Under the pieces are notes generated by a model. The model ran no database searches. It was given only the letters and a program-made list of their open reading frames with translations, and had not been told where the DNA came from. Positions 26,499 to 36,562 of a stretch of DNA of 64,000 nucleotides are shown piece by piece. This stretch comes from Microcoleus sp. (lineage in GTDB: Bacteria; Cyanobacteriota; Cyanobacteriia; Cyanobacteriales; Microcoleaceae). Each line of letters opens with the position of its first letter. Position 1 is the stretch's first letter. Position numbers and translations under genes: made by a program. The stretch covers positions 640,001 to 704,000 of the forward strand of contig JAYFMW010000006.1 of NCBI GenBank assembly GCA_042408215.1, read 5' to 3'.

Positions 26499-28250
26499 TT
26501 ATTCCTCAGTTGGCCAAAGTTTGATAAAGTCGCTCTGATTCTGTAAAAACTCAAGAAAATTCTGAGTTGTGTCCGAGTCATCAGGAAAAATCGTCAAAAG
26601 TTCTACATACTCTTGCCTTTTTTGTTTCAATTCTCCGGTTCTAAGTTTGAGATAGCGGGGATACATCCGATGCCAAATGCGACCAATATTATTGAGTTTT
26701 CCAGTCAAATCAGTTTGCTTAATAAACTGATTTTTTGAGTAGTGACCGTGAAACCAATTAATTGCTTCGCTGCTATTCTTATCCTCAGCAATTCTTCCCC
26801 AGACTTCCACTTTTTCTGGATGCCAGACTTCGCGCCAAGTAGTAGCATGATGACTCAGTTCTACATGATTAACTGTTAACCATTCTATTGCTCTCTGCTG
26901 ACCCTCTGCCAAAAATTTAGCAATATTTCTGAGGTCATCACTAGCAGCCGTGACGTACAAATCCTTTGAACTTTCATTAAACTTCCAGTGACAGCCGATC
27001 GCGGGTTTGTCATTTCTGTTAAAATACTCTGGGAAAAACAGGCTGTGATCGACTCGCCGCCACGATTTGCCAAAACCGCCGAGTAAGAGAGAAAATTTAA
27101 TTAAGTAAGTGACAAACTTTTTTAACTCCTTCTGGGGATAGGTATTATTCAGGCATAGCAAATCTAACTTGCCAGCTTGCAAGTCGTAGGTTGGCATCAC
27201 TACAACTTTGTTGCCGTTAGGCTTATATCTGTGTTCGCCAAAATCGAGTTCCTCAGCGGTAAAATTAATCCCCAACTGCCCGATAATTGCCCCTGTATCA
27301 TCGCGTCTTTCACCAATTCCTCCCCAAAGTTTCTTCGTTAACAGTTGCGCTGTATTAACATCCGTGACCCCAGCCAACAACCGTAAAGTATGACCCCGCA
27401 GGGCAGCTTTAAACATATTTGGTCGAAATTCTGGGGTTCTATTCAGCAGTTGGGACGTTAACCCGCAGCCGCTCAAATTGACAGAAAGTAAGATGCGATC
27501 GGCACTTTTTACCTCTGCCATGCGGCCGTAGCCTGCACTTACCCTAGAACCAATTCCGTGCCCTAAAGCTTGTTCCCAAATTTGCCAAATCTCCTCCCAT
27601 TCTTGTTTTCCAAGCTGCTTGTTGCTGGAAATGCCAAATTGTAATTGACACTGATAAAGCGAAATTTGCACGTTAGCACTGGTGACAGCATTTTCCATCA
27701 CTTGGCGTTTTTGTTGCGAGTGAACGACATCGACTAAACGCTCTTTTTCTGCCCAAGACATATCAGCAGGAAAGCCGCCGTGAAAGCGCAAAATTCCGGG
27801 TCTTGCACTACGCTGTCCGTCCTCTACAACCTCTCCTCCGCAGTATTCTTCTCGCTTTTGAGGAGGACACGATCGCCAGAAAGCGCCTTTCATGCTAGAA
27901 CCCGGATAAAATGGCAAACCTTTCGCACCAATTACGGGTCGAATTACGTCTTCATCTTGTCCGCTATTTGTAACCAAACGCCAGCTAATTGTGTATTGTT
28001 TTGTTTCCACTCCCCGGCCGAATTCAGGCATTTTCACGGGTGATTTAGTTCGGCCTCGCTGCCAGAGGGGAACGCTTTCATCATTGCTTTCGGGGACGGG
28101 AGGACAGGATTTTAACCACTGTTTCACCCAATCAGAAGCCGGGCCAGCATCGCCTGCATACTGAATTTTTCCTCTTCCAGCTAACTGTGCTTGAAACATC
28201 AAAGGAACGCGATCGCTATCACTCATCTTCTTCACCTCCATTATTGCCAT
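26499..28250 (-). CDS. cmr6: RAMP protein, Cmr6/Cmr1-type fusion
   Basis: PFYPGSSMKGAF, GIGSRVSAGYG; second RAMP FKAALRGH...LGGFGKSWRR. Confidence 0.85.
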   Translation of the reverse strand: MAIMEVKKMSDSDRVPLMFQAQLAGRGKIQYAGDAGPASDWVKQWLKSCPPVPESNDESVPLWQRGRTKSPVKMPEFGRGVETKQYTISWRLVTNSGQDEDVIRPVIGAKGLPFYPGSSMKGAFWRSCPPQKREEYCGGEVVEDGQRSARPGILRFHGGFPADMSWAEKERLVDVVHSQQKRQVMENAVTSANVQISLYQCQLQFGISSNKQLGKQEWEEIWQIWEQALGHGIGSRVSAGYGRMAEVKSADRILLSVNLSGCGLTSQLLNRTPEFRPNMFKAALRGHTLRLLAGVTDVNTAQLLTKKLWGGIGERRDDTGAIIGQLGINFTAEELDFGEHRYKPNGNKVVVMPTYDLQAGKLDLLCLNNTYPQKELKKFVTYLIKFSLLLGGFGKSWRRVDHSLFFPEYFNRNDKPAIGCHWKFNESSKDLYVTAASDDLRNIAKFLAEGQQRAIEWLTVNHVELSHHATTWREVWHPEKVEVWGRIAEDKNSSEAINWFHGHYSKNQFIKQTDLTGKLNNIGRIWHRMYPRYLKLRTGELKQKRQEYVELLTIFPDDSDTTQNFLEFLQNQSDFIKLWPTEE

Positions 28251-28647
28251 TATTCTTAGTAGGTTTATAACGCTGAGTCCACCAAACCATACTGTCGCAA
28301 AGTTGAGTTAGCACAGCTATAGCTACTTTGCGCTGTTCTACGGGAAAATCCCACAATTTATTTGCCATGATTTTAATGGCTGCTGTATCGTCAGGACTAA
28401 CATTATCGTTGGGAATTTTAACGCCAGCATTTGCCATAATTTTAACTAACGCCTTCCAAGTATCCCGCCAATAATCAGCTTGATCTTTGTCCTTGACTAA
28501 CCGAAACTGTTCTCCCCAAAATCGCTCTAAACCATAAGCAACCGAAACACGCATTTTGTATGCTTGATTAGGAGCATCTTTTTTGTCGCGGTATTTGATA
28601 ACTAAATCGTGAGCCTCTTGGTCTAATTTGTAAGATTCCCAAGCCAT
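28219..28647 (-). CDS. cmr5: Small subunit Cmr5 (Cas11)
   Basis: 142 aa helical protein between cmr4 and cmr6; AYGLERFWGE. Confidence 0.75.
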   Translation of the reverse strand: MAWESYKLDQEAHDLVIKYRDKKDAPNQAYKMRVSVAYGLERFWGEQFRLVKDKDQADYWRDTWKALVKIMANAGVKIPNDNVSPDDTAAIKIMANKLWDFPVEQRKVAIAVLTQLCDSMVWWTQRYKPTKNNGNNGGEEDE

Positions 28648-28650
28648 AAA

Positions 28651-29484
28651 TTATACCTCCTTTAAGGTTAGATAGCAGTGACCGAAACCTATTGATTCTA
28701 AACCGCCGAGATAAATGTCTGCACCACTAGCAGCACCAAAAGGTTGCCATGTCTCTTGGTTGTCTTTGAGGGCGATCGGAAATACTAAAATTGTGCCTTC
28801 TGGCAAAGCTTCAGTATTAAAAAAAGCTCCTTTTTTCGCCTTTTTTTCCTCTTTGTCTAAGGCTACTCGACTCTGGCGATATAAAGCCATATCGTGAATC
28901 ATGGCAATTTCATCATCAGCAACAACAACGGCTGGCAATTCCTCTCCTAAAGGAAACCAAACAGACAAATCCTGAGTTTTCTCAACTGTCAAAAAGCCAA
29001 AGTTAAAAAATAGCTTTGGTTTGCCATTTATGTCGAGAGCTTTTAAGGTTTGAGAACCTGTATAATTAGCGGGAATTTTTGCAGTATTGAGTAACTTACC
29101 ATCCTTTAGCTTGACAGAATCTCCAGCAATTCGCTGATAGCGTTTGAGCAAACGAGGACAAGTTACCCAGACAATTGGTTGACCGGGACAAAACACTGGC
29201 AACCATAGCAGCGAAGCATATTCAAACTTAACTACAGACTCCGTGGTACTGTCTGGTTTTCCTAATTCTGCTTCCTGACCGTACCATTTATTGGCTTCAG
29301 TTTCTCCCAGACTGCGGCGGATTTCCGATCGCAATCTCCCGCGAATCGAACTGCCGGGAATAATGCCAGTTTGGGTAAACTGGTCGCGGAAAATTAAGTT
29401 TAAGTTTCCGCTTTCTTCACCAGCCGTTGCTCCCACATGAACAGGAGCAAGGGTTTCAATAATACCGTAAGCTTTTTTGTACAT
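28651..29484 (-). CDS. cmr4: Cmr4 (Cas7-family backbone)
   Basis: LAPVHVGA, IPGSSIRGRLR, FNTEALPEGT, LGGLESIGFG. Confidence 0.92.
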   Translation of the reverse strand: MYKKAYGIIETLAPVHVGATAGEESGNLNLIFRDQFTQTGIIPGSSIRGRLRSEIRRSLGETEANKWYGQEAELGKPDSTTESVVKFEYASLLWLPVFCPGQPIVWVTCPRLLKRYQRIAGDSVKLKDGKLLNTAKIPANYTGSQTLKALDINGKPKLFFNFGFLTVEKTQDLSVWFPLGEELPAVVVADDEIAMIHDMALYRQSRVALDKEEKKAKKGAFFNTEALPEGTILVFPIALKDNQETWQPFGAASGADIYLGGLESIGFGHCYLTLKEV

Positions 29485-30479
29485 TATTCAACTCCTTGAA
29501 TTTCAATGGGTAAACACAAACCGCATCCAACTTGTTTCAGGCTAAAACCTTCTTTGGGAAACCAATCTTCAGGGAATTCCCACCAAGTTTTATCTAAAGG
29601 TTCTCTGAGAAGATAGACAGTTCCAGGCGAAACTGCATAGCGTCCCCGTCCCATTTGTCCTTTCGCGCGGTAGCGATAGGAAATGGGTTTATCTGTGAGC
29701 ATTTCCGGTCGTTTTTTCGAGAAATCTTCATTTTTGGGATAGCGGAATGAAAATTTTTTAGATCCCCAAATTCCCGGCGTAATTAAAGCAAAAGAACGCT
29801 GAATTGGTTGGCGTAAAAGTTTGGCGATCGGGCTGTTATCATCCAGTGGAAGACTCTTTATTTCAACCAAATGATTTTCGCCACCAAAGCGATACCAACC
29901 ATCTGCTAAAGGATGAGTTGAGAGATAAACCAGACAACATTCATCATCCATCTGCACGGAATTTTCCAGAAACAAACCATCTTCTGCTAAAGTGCAGCGT
30001 TCGTCATCTTTTGTTTTGGGATGCAAGATAGGGACGTATGTCCAAGGAGTATCAGCTGCATCGCCATTTTTCTTAATGGCAGCAGTCTTATTTCCCCAAG
30101 AATTAACGGTTTGCCAGCGATAATCTGGGTCTACATCATCAGATTCCCGATGCCACTTTCCTGTTTGTCTTTTCCATTCATCCACTCCTTTTTGAGAAAT
30201 AATTTTGTGCCAAGGAATGGGGACGTAAAAGTATTCAGGATCGTCTGATTTTGCCCAAAATGGACCAGCGACAAATAGGTTATATCTGAGTTCTTCTTGA
30301 GAAGTATAAGACCTAACTTTGTTGGCGCTGAAAAATAGACCGGAGAGAGTAGCGGCTTCTGGAGGGAATTTTGCCCCAGAACGTCCGACCAGATTTTCTG
30401 GCGATAAAAATCCGCCTGAACTGCCGTACATAAATCCTAAAGGACTTATAGTGATGAGATATTTGAACATAGCTGCCAT
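29484..30479 (-). CDS. cmr3: Cmr3 (Cas5-family)
   Basis: FPPEAATLSG, RFGGENH, ALITPGIW, AVSPGTVY, VGCG. Confidence 0.88.
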   Translation of the reverse strand: MAAMFKYLITISPLGFMYGSSGGFLSPENLVGRSGAKFPPEAATLSGLFFSANKVRSYTSQEELRYNLFVAGPFWAKSDDPEYFYVPIPWHKIISQKGVDEWKRQTGKWHRESDDVDPDYRWQTVNSWGNKTAAIKKNGDAADTPWTYVPILHPKTKDDERCTLAEDGLFLENSVQMDDECCLVYLSTHPLADGWYRFGGENHLVEIKSLPLDDNSPIAKLLRQPIQRSFALITPGIWGSKKFSFRYPKNEDFSKKRPEMLTDKPISYRYRAKGQMGRGRYAVSPGTVYLLREPLDKTWWEFPEDWFPKEGFSLKQVGCGLCLPIEIQGVE

Positions 30480-32062
30480 CCCACATTTATTAGGTCACTA
30501 ATCCAGTAAATAAGTTCATTAGTTGGTTCATTTGGAAAATCTCCAACGATATGCTTGCAGTTTTGTTCCAAATGCTCTCTGTCATTAAAGTAAAGTTGAA
30601 AAATAGTTAAAGCCAATCGGTCATCTGGCCTTTTTTCCTTGGGATTAAAGCTGATAGCATGACGATTTTTAAGATGAGCTAAATCGTTGTAAACATGAGT
30701 CCAATTAGGGAAAAGTTTTTTATCTTTCCCTTCTGATTCCCATTTACTATAGGTTTTACCATCGCGATCGCGATACCTCTTCAAAATATCTAGATAATCC
30801 CAAGGGCAAGTCCACTGCACAAATTGACCGCTGTTAAAGACTACTCGAATTGTGACTCTATTTCGCCCCAAACTTTTCGCCCGTTTTTCCGCTTCTCGAC
30901 AGTGTTGAAGAATATCTCGCTGCGGTACACTGTGACCAGCCCAAACAAAACCTACACTTAAATTAATATCCTGTCCGTGCTTTTTCCATTCATCGGACAA
31001 TTTCATTAACCATTCTAATGCCTCTATAGGTTCCGGCGGCTTTTCGGGCTTGGTACTGTAAATTACGCCGAGGAAATCGTCACCGCCTGCATAAACAACT
31101 CGCCCTAGGTCTTTGGGGAAATTCTTGATAAATTTACCGCCCCAATTCCGCATGGCTTCGCTGAAGTTTTTTAAACCTTCATCTCCTTTTTCTTTAGCAA
31201 TTTCCTGAAGTTTTTTGCCAACTTTATCACCATCTCCCATAAACCAGCCAGTCCAGTGTTCTGGTTCACGAATAATGTCGCTAAATGCTGATTCAAGCGG
31301 AGATATCCCAATGTTTCTGGCAATATCTTCGTCACGAGTTACCAATCGCTTAACTAACTCAGGAATGCTCAATCTTTCATTAGGTGCGAGAAATTTTCCT
31401 TCGGGTTTGCCATCTGGGGGAAGATTCTCTAAAACACAGGAGAGACGCTGATAGAAATCCTTAAGTTCAGCTTTTTCTGGATCGGATAGTTGCCGCCCTG
31501 GATTTGAATGTTCCAAACCTAAACCCGGCCAGGCGATCGCATCGGTGCCGGTCAAACTCGAACTGTCGCCAATCCAATTAATCGCCGTCCAATCGCGACG
31601 CAATTTGCGAGTCTCTAAATTCTTCATCGCACACTCTATGCAATCTCCGTGCCCCCAAAATATTTCCCAAGTGTACAAACCCCATCGCATCCACTCTTGC
31701 TGCCAAAAGTATTGCTCTTTAGGAGGTACTTCTCGTTCTATCCAAACTCGACATTCATTTAATATTTCTTGCCATGATTTCTGAAGGGTGTTCGTCACAT
31801 CATTCCTGGAAAATTCCCCTTCCCCTTTCAGAAGTATCCGATTGGGCATTCCTTTCTGGATGTTGGGGGAACCGGGAGAAATGACATTGAAACCTGATTT
31901 TTCGGCTTGCTTGACTAGCTTGTAACTCAGATAAGACAGAATTAGTGAAGCCCCAAATAAATCTCTGAGTTTACGAGATTTTTCAATAAAACCCTGGACG
32001 GGTGCAAAGGCGATCGCAGTATATGCAGACATAGATTCAATTTTAAAGCGGGCAGAGCCCAC
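30446..32062 (-). CDS. cas10: Cas10/Cmr2, short form lacking the HD nuclease (start likely 32032)
   Basis: PVQGFIEKSRKLRDLFGASLILS, MGDGDKVG, VVYAGGDDFLG. Confidence 0.95.
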   Translation of the reverse strand: MGSARFKIESMSAYTAIAFAPVQGFIEKSRKLRDLFGASLILSYLSYKLVKQAEKSGFNVISPGSPNIQKGMPNRILLKGEGEFSRNDVTNTLQKSWQEILNECRVWIEREVPPKEQYFWQQEWMRWGLYTWEIFWGHGDCIECAMKNLETRKLRRDWTAINWIGDSSSLTGTDAIAWPGLGLEHSNPGRQLSDPEKAELKDFYQRLSCVLENLPPDGKPEGKFLAPNERLSIPELVKRLVTRDEDIARNIGISPLESAFSDIIREPEHWTGWFMGDGDKVGKKLQEIAKEKGDEGLKNFSEAMRNWGGKFIKNFPKDLGRVVYAGGDDFLGVIYSTKPEKPPEPIEALEWLMKLSDEWKKHGQDINLSVGFVWAGHSVPQRDILQHCREAEKRAKSLGRNRVTIRVVFNSGQFVQWTCPWDYLDILKRYRDRDGKTYSKWESEGKDKKLFPNWTHVYNDLAHLKNRHAISFNPKEKRPDDRLALTIFQLYFNDREHLEQNCKHIVGDFPNEPTNELIYWISDLINVGWQLCSNISSL

Positions 32063-32118
32063 ATGAATGCTGCTGGTAGTGTCTCAAGTAGCTAAACTGC
32101 TTAAGTCCTACTCAACTC

Positions 32119-32127
32119 AGTATACCA
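32119..32127 (-). promoter_or_regulatory. Candidate extended -10 promoter (TGGTATACT) for the cas operon
   Basis: TGnTAnnnT about 90 nt upstream of the likely cas10 start. Confidence 0.4.
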
Positions 32128-32283
32128 GCCGAGTCAGCTCCATGTCTTCAGATTCACAATATTTATCAAATGTATTTTAAAGTACAAAGTTATTGTAAAT
32201 AATAGCTTCCAGACAATTCTATATTTTTATGTCAATATTGTCTTTTACTTGAAATTTCAGCAACTTACTGATAGACACCCATC

Positions 32284-33462
32284 ATGGCAAAAAAACCAAC
32301 CCCTCACCCCTACGCCGATCGACTAACGTTCGATCGCATAATGCTCCTAATTGCCACATTAGTAAACCATCCCGGAATCGGACACTCCGACACCGAAACA
32401 TCCGACAGTAAATATCACGACGCTTTACTAGAAGTCAAATCTCAATTACAGAAAATTGCCGCCGAATTCAACATCGAATTCCCCGAAAACTATCCCGCAA
32501 CTCCCACAATTCGCAAAGACTTAGAAACTTTGCGCCACTACGGAATCCTCGACAAAAGAATGTATCGCTTCGGATATTATCTCGGTACCGGCGCAATGAC
32601 TCGCGAAGAACTACTTTTCGCATTTCAAGCAATAGCATCTCAAGCTAAATATCAAGGAAATCCCCAAGCCCGCAAAATTTGTGAAAAACTCACTAAACTG
32701 TTGCGCGGATTAGATATCGAACTCAAAGGCCAATTGTTTTATCCGGTTCGCGAACACCTGAATCGTGCGATTATTTACACCGATCCTGTCGAAATGCTCG
32801 ATCGCCAAGAATATCGGAATACCCTATTTCACAAATTAGAAACCGTAGAAACAGCCATAGTTCGAGGCCAGGCGATCGAACTTTACCGCGAAAAAGATTA
32901 TTATGGTAAAGGCAATGTCGGTTTCCGGCGAATCTGGCCTCTGCAACTGATTTATCACGATATCGCCTGGTACCTGATTTGCGAAAATTGCGAAAACGGA
33001 CATTTGACCGTAGAACGGGTGAATCGCTTTACCGACTACTGCGAAATTATCGATCCAGAGGGGCGTGGTTTAGCCCTACAGGAACAAAGTTTGAAAATAG
33101 CCCAAAAGTTGTTAAAAAACGGCTGGGGGCTGTTTTTGGGCAATCCAGAGCAACAGCAGGCAGAATTGGAAGGTACGCTGAAGTTGCAAAAAGTGAAGGT
33201 GCGATTTTTTCAGAAGGTAGTTGGATTTATTCTAGAGGGCGATCGGCGACATCCGCGACAAAAGATTAACGAAGGCCCAAAGGATAGTTTTGGCAATCTG
33301 CTATATGTGGATTATCAGATAGATTTGCCCGATCGCTCTTTGAACGAATTTAGTCTATGGGTTAACAAATATATGGAAAACGCCCAAGTGCTTTCCCCGC
33401 CGAGTTTGGTGGAAAAACACCGACAAGCAGCGAGAGATTTGTGCGATCGATATAGCTTGTAA
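32284..33462 (+). CDS. wHTH-WYL-WCX transcriptional regulator
   Basis: TIRKDLETLRHYG (HTH), IWPLQLIYHDIAWYL...ERVNRF, AQVLSPPSLVE. Confidence 0.93.
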   Translation: MAKKPTPHPYADRLTFDRIMLLIATLVNHPGIGHSDTETSDSKYHDALLEVKSQLQKIAAEFNIEFPENYPATPTIRKDLETLRHYGILDKRMYRFGYYLGTGAMTREELLFAFQAIASQAKYQGNPQARKICEKLTKLLRGLDIELKGQLFYPVREHLNRAIIYTDPVEMLDRQEYRNTLFHKLETVETAIVRGQAIELYREKDYYGKGNVGFRRIWPLQLIYHDIAWYLICENCENGHLTVERVNRFTDYCEIIDPEGRGLALQEQSLKIAQKLLKNGWGLFLGNPEQQQAELEGTLKLQKVKVRFFQKVVGFILEGDRRHPRQKINEGPKDSFGNLLYVDYQIDLPDRSLNEFSLWVNKYMENAQVLSPPSLVEKHRQAARDLCDRYSL

Positions 33463-33469
33463 ATTCTCC

Positions 33470-33655
33470 TAGGGGCGGGTTTCATCAATCATGGTTCGAC
33501 TACGCTCACCAACCATAAAAGCTTAAAACCAACCATCTCAAAAACCCGCCCCCACCGGGCGAAAAAATCACCATCCAAATTCCCCAAATTATCCTAGGGC
33601 GGGTTACACAAACCATCTACGTCAGAAACCAACAACATAATAAACCCGCCCCCAC
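33470..33655. repeat. REP-like palindromes (TAGGGGCGGGTTT...AAACCCGCCCC), two copies
   Basis: Family recurs at about 24481, 48725, 59423-59700 and 63614-63768. Confidence 0.8.
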
Positions 33656-33676
33656 ATACTGAGAATTGTTATATTT

Positions 33677-33701
33677 AGCCCCGATTATGGGGCTTTTTTT
33701 T
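33677..33701 (+). terminator. Intrinsic terminator downstream of WYL
   Basis: AGCCCC-gattat-GGGGCT followed by a T-run. Confidence 0.75.
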
Positions 33702-33840
33702 GTGCTTGTTAATTCTTCGCAACTAGGATTGGTTGCAGAAATTTGAGTTGTAAAAGTTGGTCTTTGGAGTTTTCCAGAGGTTGAAAAGTTAGAGCTTTTG
33801 GCACAAAAGAAGGCTCTGATTTTTTAATTTCTGTTTGCGG

Positions 33841-34034
33841 TGTCGGGGGGATCGAAGCCTCCTTCGATTCCGCATTAATAGAAGACTTCGAAAAGCTTTG
33901 TCTTAGCTATGTATTTCTAGCAAGTGACAAGCTAACTTGCTAGACAGTGCCGTAACCCTTCGGCTGGGGGATAGGACGATGCCTTAAAGACGTTTACTCT
34001 ATGCGGTAGAGGCGTCCCCTAAAGGCATCCCCCC
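33841..34034 (-). ncRNA. Putative structured ncRNA of about 190 nt, family not recognised
   Basis: Promoter immediately upstream, multiple hairpins, complementary ends, no ORF of 60 aa or more. Confidence 0.6.
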
Positions 34035-34040
34035 AAAATT

Positions 34041-34069
34041 AGACTACTAGAAATCTAGTCTTTTGTCAA
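34041..34069 (-). promoter_or_regulatory. sigma70-type promoter TTGACA-N17-TAGTCT with an internal palindrome
   Basis: -35 at 34064-34069, -10 at 34041-34046; ACTAG-ATTT-CTAGT overlaps the spacer. Confidence 0.75.
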
Positions 34070-34134
34070 GAGCTATTTATGGTTGCTCTTAAACTGTCGC
34101 ATTAATAGAAGACTTCCACTAATTTTGTTTTAGC

Positions 34135-36267
<2,133 letters not shown>

Positions 36268-36454
36268 TCCTCTACATTAAACCTCATACAGCGCAAGATG
36301 TCTAGAGGCCATTTGCGAGGACTCCCAAAAATCTCTGTACAAACACCCTCCCAACCTATGTTACTAACACCTGAAACCCTTACAGGGCAGTATATCGAAG
36401 GCTCCGACGAACTTCGGTCATCACAGCCATTTCTTTCAGCCCTCGCGAGTGATA
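36268..36454 (-). promoter_or_regulatory. CRISPR leader of array 2 (copy of 22763-22949)
   Basis: Colinear, about 6 substitutions in 187 bp. Confidence 0.92.
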
Positions 36455-36562
36455 TTAGATAATCACCGACCCCGGCAACTCCGTGACAGGCGGGCCCACC
36501 CCCCAAGTCTGGACATTACCCAAAGTATGCCCCGACACAGGATAGAACCTGATGCTACTCAT
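36455..36562 (-). pseudogene. cas2: cas2 3' fragment / 35-aa mini-ORF
   Basis: MSSIRFYPVSGHTLGNVQTWGVGPPVTELPGSVII*; the last 33 aa are identical to the Cas2 C-terminus. Confidence 0.88.

Noticed and set aside
33841..34034. Assignment of the ncRNA as tRNA, tmRNA, 6S, retron msr/msd or tracrRNA
   Set aside because: No canonical D/T loops or CCA, not rod-shaped, no RT gene nearby, and no clear anti-repeat.
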